Source of the DNA: Spirochaetes bacterium ADurb.BinA120
GTDB lineage: Bacteria; Spirochaetota; UBA4802; UBA5368
DNA length: 64,000 bases
NCBI GenBank assembly: GCA_002069125.1
Contig: MVZN01000006.1
Location: 2,354 to 66,353, forward strand
Direction: 5' to 3'
In this document: positions 12,998 through 21,254 of the stretch, one piece after another
Position numbering within the stretch: the stretch's first letter is position 1
How the letters are laid out: each line of letters opens with the position of its first letter
The notes under the pieces: generated by a model
What the model was told of the DNA's origin: nothing
What the model saw: the letters and a program-made list of their open reading frames with translations, nothing else
Databases searched by the model: none
Program-made: the position numbers and the translations under genes

Positions 12998-13198
12998 CTC
13001 CCGTAACCGCTGATGTATCCAGCTCTTTACACCTTAACAAACATGTTTATAAAATCAACAACTTAATGAGACATAAGAAAATTATCCGCGTCCGAAACTC
13101 GATAAAGAGAGCCTATAAAAAAAAGAAGACCAATCAACAATCAATACAGATGAAAAAGAAGGATATACACCGGTTATCAAGAGGGAAATAACGGTAGA

Positions 13199-14533
13199 TC
13201 AGCACTTGAGCTCGGCAACCATGTCCTCCAGCCGCTCTTTGAATTCCTCGTCCTCCTTGATCATTTTTTCCACATTGTTCATCGCGTTGAGCACGGTACT
13301 GTGGTCCCTGTCTCCGAATTCCCTGCCTATATCGATGGTAGTGAGATCGGTAAGCTTTCTGGTGAGGTACATGGCGACAAACCGGGGGAGAACGACGCGG
13401 CTGTGCCGGCTTTTCGATGTAAGGTCGTCTATGGAAACCTCAAATCGCTCCGCAACCCTGGACATGATGTCGGAGGTGGATATCTTCTTCTGGGTGTCGT
13501 CGTCGAATAAATCCTTTAAGTGCGTCTTGGCGTGCGCTATCGTAATGGGCTCGTTTTCTACTACCGCGACCATGTTAAGGCGAATAAGGGCGGCCTCAAG
13601 AGCGCGAATACTCGACTTTATACGACGGGCGATATAGTTGAGAACCTCGTCCGGTATGTTCATGTTGTCGCGCTCCGCCTTGTTGCGGAGAATGGCCTCT
13701 CGGGTTTCGAGGTTCGGCGGCTGAATGTCGGCAAGAAGACCCCATTCGAACCTTGTGCGAAGCCGCTCCTCGAGGGTGGAAAGCTCCTTGGGAGGGCGAT
13801 CGCTCGATATTATAATCTGTTTCTTGTTGTTGTGGAGCGTGTTGAAGGTGTGGAAGAACTCCTCCTGGGTTTGCTCCTTCTTTTCGATGAACTGTATATC
13901 GTCGATGAGGAGTACGTCGACGTTTCGATACTTTATCTTGAAGCTCGTAATGGTATTGGTGCGGATTGCCTGGATGAATTCGTTGACGAACTCCTCGCTT
14001 GGGACATACAGGACCTTGAGGTAGGGCCGCTCCCTGAGTATGTGATGTCCTATTGCCTGCATGAGGTGCGTTTTTCCAAGGCCGGTGCCGCCGTGAATGA
14101 AAAGGGGATTGTATTGAGTGGCCGGGGCGCGTGAAACGGAGACGGCCGCCGCATGCGCAAGCTGATTGTTAGGGCCTATGACGAAGTTTTCGAATGTGTA
14201 TCTGGGATTTAGTCGCTGGGCCGAGTAATCGGTGCTGTCCGATGATGGCACTGGCTCCGGAGGCGAGGTAAAATCGGCGGAGTTGGAATGACCGTTTCCA
14301 GTTACGAATTCGCAGTAAATATTCTGCCCCGTTATCGCGCCGATGGCCGATGAGATAATAGCGGAATAATTCTCGGATATATGGCGACGGGCCACATCAT
14401 CGGAGACCTTCACTTTAAGGGTGTTGTTTGACAGGGAAACCGGTTCGGTATCCTTCAGCCACATATCAAACGATTGCTTGTTGATGCTGGACTGAACGGA
14501 AGTAAGAACCTTTACCCATATTTCCTGTACCAT
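13199..14533 (-). CDS. dnaA: Chromosomal replication initiator DnaA
   Basis: LNPRYTFENFV, NPLFIHGGTGLGKTHL, LLIDDIQF, LRTRFEWGL, GDRDHSTV. Confidence 0.99.
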   Translation of the reverse strand: MVQEIWVKVLTSVQSSINKQSFDMWLKDTEPVSLSNNTLKVKVSDDVARRHISENYSAIISSAIGAITGQNIYCEFVTGNGHSNSADFTSPPEPVPSSDSTDYSAQRLNPRYTFENFVIGPNNQLAHAAAVSVSRAPATQYNPLFIHGGTGLGKTHLMQAIGHHILRERPYLKVLYVPSEEFVNEFIQAIRTNTITSFKIKYRNVDVLLIDDIQFIEKKEQTQEEFFHTFNTLHNNKKQIIISSDRPPKELSTLEERLRTRFEWGLLADIQPPNLETREAILRNKAERDNMNIPDEVLNYIARRIKSSIRALEAALIRLNMVAVVENEPITIAHAKTHLKDLFDDDTQKKISTSDIMSRVAERFEVSIDDLTSKSRHSRVVLPRFVAMYLTRKLTDLTTIDIGREFGDRDHSTVLNAMNNVEKMIKEDEEFKERLEDMVAELKC

Positions 14534-14543
14534 AAAGACGACT

Positions 14544-14848
14544 CACCGGTTATCAACAAATGTGGATAACTTTGTTCATAAATTGAATACTGGTTCGAGT
14601 AATGTTTGTATAATTTTATCTGATGCGTTTGGCGGACAGAAATAAGTCAGAAAATCCGTTAGCACCGCGCTGCCCTTGCTCTAGTTTAGAGCTTATTTTT
14701 TTGCAACCAATTAATTCGCCAAAAAAAGTGTATCGAAAAAAAAAATCGGGATTCTGGATATCGTGAGGATAAACCGGTCATTTCAAGTGAATAATATGTT
14801 GATAAGTGACTGAAAGTTGTTAAGGGATGGGGTCTACGCTGTGGATTT
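14544..14848. promoter_or_regulatory. DnaA-box cluster upstream of dnaA (second part of oriC / dnaA promoter)
   Basis: TTATCAACA 14550-14558, TGTGGATAA (perfect) 14561-14569, TGTTCATAA 14573-14581, AGTGAATAA 14786-14794, TGTTGATAA 14797-14805, TGTGGATTT 14840-14848; AT-rich context. Confidence 0.85.
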
Positions 14849-14890
14849 AAAAAAAAGGGGAAATGGGCAAGAAACCCATCCCCCTTTTTT
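14849..14890. terminator. Intrinsic terminator between the TPR gene and the oriC region
   Basis: A-run GGGG-AA-ATGGG / CCCAT-C-CCCC T-run hairpin, 20 nt past the TPR gene stop. Confidence 0.6.
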
Positions 14891-14910
14891 ACGCCGAGAG
14901 ATGAACTATT

Positions 14911-16551
14911 TTACTGCAGTTCCGAGAGGTTTTTCCTGTAGTCGTCGTTATTCGGGTCCCGTTTAGCCGCTTCGCCATACCAGAACTTGGCGGTGGAGAC
15001 GTCGTTCAGCCTGTTTCGGTAAAGCCAGCCAAGATACCCGGCGGGCCAGGCGTAATCGGGATGGAAATCGTTGGCCTGTCTGAGATATTTTACGGCGTTT
15101 GCGTTATCGCCGGTCTGGGCATAGCAGTAGCCGAGATTTGCCAGAGAGTAACGGTATTTGGGATCGTATTTCAAGGATACGAGATAGTTCTTTATCGCGT
15201 CCGGGTACTGGTTTTTGAGAAGATAAATATAGGCGATCTCACTCCACGCGTTGGCATAATCTGGTTTGACCTTTACCGCCTTCTGGAATTGAGCCATGGC
15301 CTCGTCGAAATTGTTGAGCCGGCGATATCCGATGCCCAGATTGATAATTCCGAGCGGATAATCGGGATATTTCTGGAGAACGATCTTATACATCTCAAGG
15401 GCGCGCTCGAGCTGGTTCTTGCGATCGTAGACGACGCCGAGGTTCATATATCCGGTCTTGAATTCCGGATCGATCTCCACCGTCCTGGTAAAGGCCCGCT
15501 CCGCCTCGTCCAGTTTTTTCTGATCGAGATAAATGACGCCGAGATTGTTGTGGGCGTCGGTGAGAAAATTGTTGAGGTGTATGGCCTTGAGAAGATATTC
15601 CTCCTCCTTGGCGTCATCATAACCGTAAATCCTGCTGAGAAGAAAATAGGCTTCGGAGTTGTTTGGATTGATATCGAGCGCCTTTCGTGTCTCATCCTCG
15701 CAGAGTTTCCATTTATTGGGATACTTATTTTCATCGGCTTCCTGATAATAGCGAGCGACGGAAAGGTGCGCCTCGTCGAGATTGGGACTTATCTCGAGCG
15801 CCTTTTTACTGTATTTAAAGGAATTCTCTATAAGCGAGGCGTCGATCTTGTTCGCGTAGTTACGGAGCTCCCAATAACGAAGGGAATACGCCTTGCCAAG
15901 GCCGGCATACGCAAGGCTGTAATTGGAGTCTATCCCTATAGCCTTGTTGAACATCTCGATGGCCTTGACGTAATTAAGCTTGTTGAGCACGAATTCCTGC
16001 CCCTTTACGTAATACTCGTAGGCGCTGACGTTGCTCGTAAAATTCTGTGTGATGCGATTTTTTACGTCCTGCGTGATGGCGATATTCGTCTGGTTTATGA
16101 TTTTCAGAGCGATCTCGTCCTGAAGCTCGAAGATATTGTCAATAACTCCGTCGGATTGCACCTGCTTGAGGATCTTGTGGCTTTCTACCTCCACGAGTTT
16201 TGCGTTGATGCGGACCCTGTTCCCGCTCTTTACGTAATTGCCGACGACGATTATGTCGGCGCCAAGGGCCTTGCCGGCCTTTTTCGCCTTGTTCTCGTCG
16301 AGCACTCCCGACTGTCCCAGCTGGACCTCGCCAAGGACCTTGTCGACATTGACACGGTCGATGACGATGTAATCCTGCACGTTTTTAAGCTTGTACGAGA
16401 TCGAGTCCGCCAGCCCGATCTCGAGCCAGGCGATCGATTTGTCCATGGTGAGATTGCTGAAGGAGGACACGCCGATCACTTTTTCGGCAAAAAGTGAAAC
16501 ACAGAAAAAACATTGAAACAGGAAGACAAATATGAGAGATATGAGCTTCAT
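14911..16551 (-). CDS. Exported TPR protein with N-terminal CsgG/FlgO/TolB-N-like domain
   Basis: Signal peptide MKLISLIFVFLFQCFFCVSLFA after a GGAG RBS; 'GKALGADIIVVG......RVRINAKLV.VE' domain; many TPR repeats (AHNNLG..Y, GYMNLG, AWSEIA, SLANLG). Confidence 0.8.
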   Translation of the reverse strand: MKLISLIFVFLFQCFFCVSLFAEKVIGVSSFSNLTMDKSIAWLEIGLADSISYKLKNVQDYIVIDRVNVDKVLGEVQLGQSGVLDENKAKKAGKALGADIIVVGNYVKSGNRVRINAKLVEVESHKILKQVQSDGVIDNIFELQDEIALKIINQTNIAITQDVKNRITQNFTSNVSAYEYYVKGQEFVLNKLNYVKAIEMFNKAIGIDSNYSLAYAGLGKAYSLRYWELRNYANKIDASLIENSFKYSKKALEISPNLDEAHLSVARYYQEADENKYPNKWKLCEDETRKALDINPNNSEAYFLLSRIYGYDDAKEEEYLLKAIHLNNFLTDAHNNLGVIYLDQKKLDEAERAFTRTVEIDPEFKTGYMNLGVVYDRKNQLERALEMYKIVLQKYPDYPLGIINLGIGYRRLNNFDEAMAQFQKAVKVKPDYANAWSEIAYIYLLKNQYPDAIKNYLVSLKYDPKYRYSLANLGYCYAQTGDNANAVKYLRQANDFHPDYAWPAGYLGWLYRNRLNDVSTAKFWYGEAAKRDPNNDDYRKNLSELQ

Positions 16552-16756
16552 GGACGATCTCCTGAATCCTGGTTTGGCCGGCCTGTACCACATGGCCCCG
16601 CCCTTGCGGCGCAAAGAAGAATAAGACGACCGTGGAATATAATAAAGCATATTTTTTTGTCAAAAGCAAGCGCGACCGGGCATGGTTACGGAAAAATATG
16701 AATATCCACACCGCCACCATACCGTAGAACGCTACAAAGATATTGGGAGGCTATGA

Positions 16757-17338
16757 ATGAAAAGGCTGCTCATACGCGGAGGAGGCATAGCGGCCGGGGT
16801 GGGGACGCCGGTCTCCTATGCCTCAATGATATCCGGGGAGCTCGCGAAAGACGGCATAGAGGTGGTGAACCGCTCGCGGAAGGGGGAGACCAGTTTCGAC
16901 GCGCTAAGGACCTACCTCGATGACATAGAACCGCTGCGGCCGGATATGCTCCTTCTTCACTTCGGCGTGGATGACATGTACCACCCGGTCTACCGTTCCG
17001 AGTTCAAGGAAAACCTCGTGCAATTGATACGACTCGCCAGAGAGCGCTTCGATCCGCGGATATTGTTATTGACCTCGCAGACATTTTCGGATCCCTCTGT
17101 GATGGACGCGGCATCCATATATTACAGGGCCATCCGCGAGGTCTCAATGGATCTGAGATGCGGATACATAGCTGTACACCTGTGGTGGATGTCATATCTG
17201 GCATCAGGCAGTGGGGACGCCGGGGCGCTTTTCGACGAATGCGAAACCTATCCGAACGAAAAGGGGCATGGGATAATAGCATCTGCGGTCGTTCAAAAAA
17301 TCAGGCGGCTATCAATATTATCGGAGAGTTCACAATGA
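16757..17338 (+). CDS. SGNH/GDSL-fold protein with substituted catalytic residues
   Basis: Block layout retained (N.S.KGET, LLLHFGVDD, FKENL, YPNEKGH..IA). Block I reads GGGIA rather than GDS, and block V reads ETYP rather than DxxHP. Confidence 0.75.
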   Translation: MKRLLIRGGGIAAGVGTPVSYASMISGELAKDGIEVVNRSRKGETSFDALRTYLDDIEPLRPDMLLLHFGVDDMYHPVYRSEFKENLVQLIRLARERFDPRILLLTSQTFSDPSVMDAASIYYRAIREVSMDLRCGYIAVHLWWMSYLASGSGDAGALFDECETYPNEKGHGIIASAVVQKIRRLSILSESSQ

Positions 17339-17595
17339 GCGTGCTTATTAAGGATATTCAGAAATCTGGAAACGAGATCATCAGGATAGAGATTTCCGAA
17401 TTCAAGGGAAGGGAGCTCATCAATATCCGCATTTGGTTCCAGGCTTTTGACGACAAGGGAAATGCGGTTTACAAACCCACCCAGAAGGGGATAGCGCTTA
17501 CCGTTTCTCAGTACGATGAGCTAAGGGAAGGGATAGAGAGAATCGGCGCTTATTTAAAGGACAAGACCGACGGCACTATGCCGAAAAACGAATAG
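17335..17595 (+). CDS. PC4/p15-family (YdbC-like) ssDNA-binding protein
   Basis: IRIEISEFKGRELINIRIWF...KPTQKGIAL; ATG 17335 overlaps the upstream TGA (ATGA). Confidence 0.85.
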   Translation: MSVLIKDIQKSGNEIIRIEISEFKGRELINIRIWFQAFDDKGNAVYKPTQKGIALTVSQYDELREGIERIGAYLKDKTDGTMPKNE

Positions 17596-19003
17596 CCCCG
17601 CTCTCAACGAGTTCGAGTATGCGGTCCGCGAGAGTATCGCCAGCGGCCCGGATGCCGGATTCGTCGTGAAGAATGTCGGGGTTTATCGTTCCATCGAGCA
17701 TGTCCTCTATGAGATAACGCGCGGGAAGCGCTATGCCCTCCAGGAACCTCCTTCGAGTTTCGAATGCAACCCCCTTTAGTGCGGTCGCGACGCGAAACCA
17801 GCCGGATTCCACGAGCAGCGTGTCGAAGTCGGCAGCTCTTTCGAGACGGGAAAGCAGGAAAGCGATATCGGCGCGTCCACGGGAGATGCGCCGAACACGG
17901 GCCCTTCTAAGCGCGGAGGCGAACCGGATCCTCGCCTCGAGCGACTCCTGTGCGCCTATTCCTCCCGGATCGGCGGAAAGCAGCTCGATCGAGGCCCGGC
18001 TGGAAACACAGGCCCTCAGCGCGTCTGAGAAATAGTCGGGGGCCCCGGAAAGGGCGATTCGGGATGTCCGCTCACCGCAGAGCCCGATCGCCTCATACAG
18101 TTCCCCGCTTGCGGCCATACTTGCGCAGAAAGACCAAAAATCGCCTTCCGGAAGAGAGCGCCTGAGCCGAAGACTATAGATGACGGCGCGCAGCCCGCGA
18201 AAAGGGCGCAACGGCCCCGGGGGCTCAGGCTCATTGAGCAGCCTGAAAACGGCATCCTCCAGGGAATAGACGCCTCCGGCGAGGTCGCGCCGGTTGATGA
18301 AGAGCCTTCGAGACGCGACAAGCTCGCGCCCCTCCCTCACAAGCGAGGCCGGCAGCGCGGATTCGATTCTGTCGGCCTTGTCGGGAAAGGCCCGGAGAAG
18401 AAGGACTGTCTGATATGACGAGAGAAGTCCGCGGAGGCGAAGTAAATGGAAAAGTTCCTCGAGTTCACGCGGAGAGAGGCAGTCCACAAGCGAGCCGACG
18501 CGGGGGAAGCACGACCGATGTCCGACAAAGAAGGATGCGATTTCCCGCTCCACGGACATCGGATCGGAGGGATCGACCGGTATTCCCATGAAGGCTCGAA
18601 AGAATTCTAAAGGGATGCCGATTCGAAGAAAACCCCCGCCGGCGAGGGAAAGGTCGACAATAAATTCAGGAGAGCTTCCGCCTCCAGTATCGGCCGCGAC
18701 AATTTTGGCCGAGGCGGGCCTTCCGGAAACGAGGCACAGGAGTAGAGAGACGGCGGCATCGATCACGCCGGAGCGGGAATGTATGCGCCTCCTCGTCCGG
18801 TCGGAGATTCCAGTTGACGAGAGGGGTGCCGAAAGGCGGAGGTCTCCGGAGGATATAAGCAGCGTAAAAATTGTTTTCATCCGAGGATCGAACGGATCCG
18901 CCGACACCAGAGGGGAGAAGGCGGCAATTGCGTCGCCGATCCAATCATCGATGTCCGGCAGAAGAATGTTTATTATTGCCCTCGAGGGCAAGGTATAGTG
19001 CAT
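17576..19003 (-). CDS. Hypothetical protein with tandem FliG C-terminal-like repeats
   Basis: The C-terminal RVATALKGVAFETRRRFLEGI...AAGDTLADRILELVESGAI aligns by eye with FliG_C (LALALKGAS.ELKEKIF.NM...EAQ.KI..IIRRLEE.GEI). A second unit has IALSGA..VSSRAS..EAR. Confidence 0.55.
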   Translation of the reverse strand: MHYTLPSRAIINILLPDIDDWIGDAIAAFSPLVSADPFDPRMKTIFTLLISSGDLRLSAPLSSTGISDRTRRRIHSRSGVIDAAVSLLLCLVSGRPASAKIVAADTGGGSSPEFIVDLSLAGGGFLRIGIPLEFFRAFMGIPVDPSDPMSVEREIASFFVGHRSCFPRVGSLVDCLSPRELEELFHLLRLRGLLSSYQTVLLLRAFPDKADRIESALPASLVREGRELVASRRLFINRRDLAGGVYSLEDAVFRLLNEPEPPGPLRPFRGLRAVIYSLRLRRSLPEGDFWSFCASMAASGELYEAIGLCGERTSRIALSGAPDYFSDALRACVSSRASIELLSADPGGIGAQESLEARIRFASALRRARVRRISRGRADIAFLLSRLERAADFDTLLVESGWFRVATALKGVAFETRRRFLEGIALPARYLIEDMLDGTINPDILHDESGIRAAGDTLADRILELVESGAIRFSA

Positions 19004-19106
19004 GGCTCGTTTCTATTTTGGCGATTAAGGCTGGAATATGATACGAAATGACCCGTATCAGGGCAACAAAAAGATACGCTGGGGATGATCTCAGGCAGGG
19101 CGGGGA

Positions 19107-21254
19107 TCAGGACCCCAGGCGCATGTTGACGATATAGGGACCCGCGGCATGAGGGATCCTGAGGTCCTTTAGTATCTGGAACTCGTCCTCAAGAAGTATG
19201 TTTCGAACCATGACGGGAATCCCGAGCTCATCGGCGAAGAGCTTGAGCCCGTTTATGATCTTAATGCGCTCGGGGAAAAGGTGAATGTTCCGGATGATAT
19301 TTTCGGAGAAGCAGAGGACACGGAGATCGACCGTGGAGAGTATGTTCAGGATGTCGTTTCCGATATAGCAGTTGTCGATTCCGAGCGATACGTTATCGGG
19401 TAGATCGGTGGCGATTCCGATGAGAAGCTCTGTGGGCATGGACTCCAGAACGCTCTCGTTTAGCATAAGGATGATATCCCAGTCCGGCAAGGCCGCATGC
19501 AGCATCCGGGCGTACTCGTCAAGTTCTACTGCGGAGACCCAGGGAATGAGAAGCGGGCATTCCAGCTCCTCCGCGAAACTCTCGGCGAACAGCCTCGTGA
19601 ACCTCTCGAAATCGTCGGTACACCTTATGCTTTCATGAAGCAAGAGCTCTGTGAAGTCAGCCTTGATGATGAAGTTGGAGGATGTGAAGTAATGATAAGT
19701 CGGCTCCATCGAAAAGAAGTCATAAAAGCTCTTGATCTCGAGAATGCCTTTCAGGGGGGAAGAGTCGTTGAGGGCGCTTCGCATCTCGTCGAATATGTTT
19801 ACGAAGAAGTCGCGCTTGTTGTCAAGCAGGTACATCCTGTCGCGGATCTTCTCAATCTCTTCCAGCAGAACGCGCGGCCTTCCCTTTTCCAGGTAGATGA
19901 CGTCTCCGGAAAAATAAATATCGAAGAAGTAATTGAGGATAAAAATGAAAAAGTCCATTGAGATGTCCCGGCAGAGGCCTCTGAACTTCTCGGGATTGTA
20001 GGAAAAATCGACGATGCTTGGGAAGAAGGCTATCATTTCGTGTGAGAAGAAGCTCGTAGCGGCGAGGTAGGTGTCGGAGGGGAAGTTGCTCTCGCAGGCC
20101 CAGCCAATGGTAAAACGCAAATTTTCGATATCGTAATCGATGTTCCGCTGTCCGCGGAGGGAGCGGAGGTCGAAAAGGGGCTGGAGCCTGATGATGAGCA
20201 CCCCGATGCTTCGAACCTCATAATCGAGATTGATTATCTGCTCGAGAGTATGCGGAAGGTAGGGGAGCTTCGATACGGGCTCGTTGAAAGGGGCCTCGAA
20301 GAACGTGCCCTTGCGGGTTTTCAGGTATTCCCAGAAACGGTCGTTTCGCGCCATTATGGGCCGGAATATATAGGTGCGCGCCCTGCCATCGTTTTTCGCC
20401 GCGTAGAGGGCCTGGTCGGCGCGTGAGAGCAGCTCGGAGATCGTCGAGGCCATGGCTGGATATTCGGCTATGCCGGCGCTGAAGGTGATATGAAACACCT
20501 CCATGGAGCCCGCCTGCCGGAAATGGGTGGCCTTAAGCTCATCCCGAAGGGAATCCATAACGGCCGCGGCTGAGGCGGCTGTCGTGCCGGGCAGCAGTAT
20601 CACGAACTCCTCCCCCCCGAATCGTGCCGGGAAGAAGTTATCGGATGTCCGGGTTTTAAGAATCTCCGCAAGCTTCATGAGAACCAGATCGCCGGTTTGA
20701 TGGCCGTAGGTGTCGTTTACCTTCTTGAAATAATCCAGGTCCAATATGCAGAGTGAGACGATAAGGGTATTCGGGTTTTCGAGCTCACCCGCGAAACGCT
20801 TGAGGAATTCCCGGCGGTTGTAGAGCCGCGTCAATTCGTCGGTTATCGAGAGCTGGTATAATTCATCGAAGCTATTCACTTTAGAGCGGACAATCGCGCG
20901 CAGCTCTTCGGAGTTGAACGGCTTTGCCAGATATGCGTCCGCTCCGGTCTGGAGCGCCGCGATGCGGTCGTCGACGCGGTCCGACGGCGCGATGAAGACG
21001 AAGGGAATGAGGCGGGTCTTTATGCCGGTGCGGATCTTTCGGCACAGCTCGTAACCGTTGAGTTCGGGGAGGTCGATCTCCGATATGATAATATGTGGGA
21101 GCTGGTATGTTATGGCGCCGAGGGCCTCTATGCCGGTATGCGCCGTGACATAATCGTAATCGATGTCGCTAAGCGCATCACAGATGAGGGCGACGTCCTC
21201 CTGAAGGTTCGCCACTACCAGTACTGTTTTACGATTTCCCCTCGTATCCTTCAA
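19107..21254 (-). CDS. Diguanylate cyclase: atypical receiver + GGEEF domain + degenerate GGDEF/EAL-like C-terminus
   Basis: DELTRLYNRR, LDLDYFKKVNDTYGHQTGD, RFGGEEF, ITFSAG. The TTG start at 21254 has GGAGG and overlaps the pyrF stop; the upstream 108 codons of the ORF-track call overlap pyrF and are spurious. Confidence 0.85.
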   Translation of the reverse strand: MKDTRGNRKTVLVVANLQEDVALICDALSDIDYDYVTAHTGIEALGAITYQLPHIIISEIDLPELNGYELCRKIRTGIKTRLIPFVFIAPSDRVDDRIAALQTGADAYLAKPFNSEELRAIVRSKVNSFDELYQLSITDELTRLYNRREFLKRFAGELENPNTLIVSLCILDLDYFKKVNDTYGHQTGDLVLMKLAEILKTRTSDNFFPARFGGEEFVILLPGTTAASAAAVMDSLRDELKATHFRQAGSMEVFHITFSAGIAEYPAMASTISELLSRADQALYAAKNDGRARTYIFRPIMARNDRFWEYLKTRKGTFFEAPFNEPVSKLPYLPHTLEQIINLDYEVRSIGVLIIRLQPLFDLRSLRGQRNIDYDIENLRFTIGWACESNFPSDTYLAATSFFSHEMIAFFPSIVDFSYNPEKFRGLCRDISMDFFIFILNYFFDIYFSGDVIYLEKGRPRVLLEEIEKIRDRMYLLDNKRDFFVNIFDEMRSALNDSSPLKGILEIKSFYDFFSMEPTYHYFTSSNFIIKADFTELLLHESIRCTDDFERFTRLFAESFAEELECPLLIPWVSAVELDEYARMLHAALPDWDIILMLNESVLESMPTELLIGIATDLPDNVSLGIDNCYIGNDILNILSTVDLRVLCFSENIIRNIHLFPERIKIINGLKLFADELGIPVMVRNILLEDEFQILKDLRIPHAAGPYIVNMRLGS

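Noticed and set aside
12976-13191. 71-aa plus-strand ORF between dnaN and dnaA
   Set aside because: Lys-rich translation of AT-rich origin DNA, overlapping DnaA boxes, antisense to the operon; no recognisable family.
15061-16497. Long antisense ORFs (here 478 aa; also 36263-37321, 26413-27399, 27546-28379 and many others)
   Set aside because: Shadow ORFs opposite or within well-supported genes, expected in high-GC DNA; no motifs.
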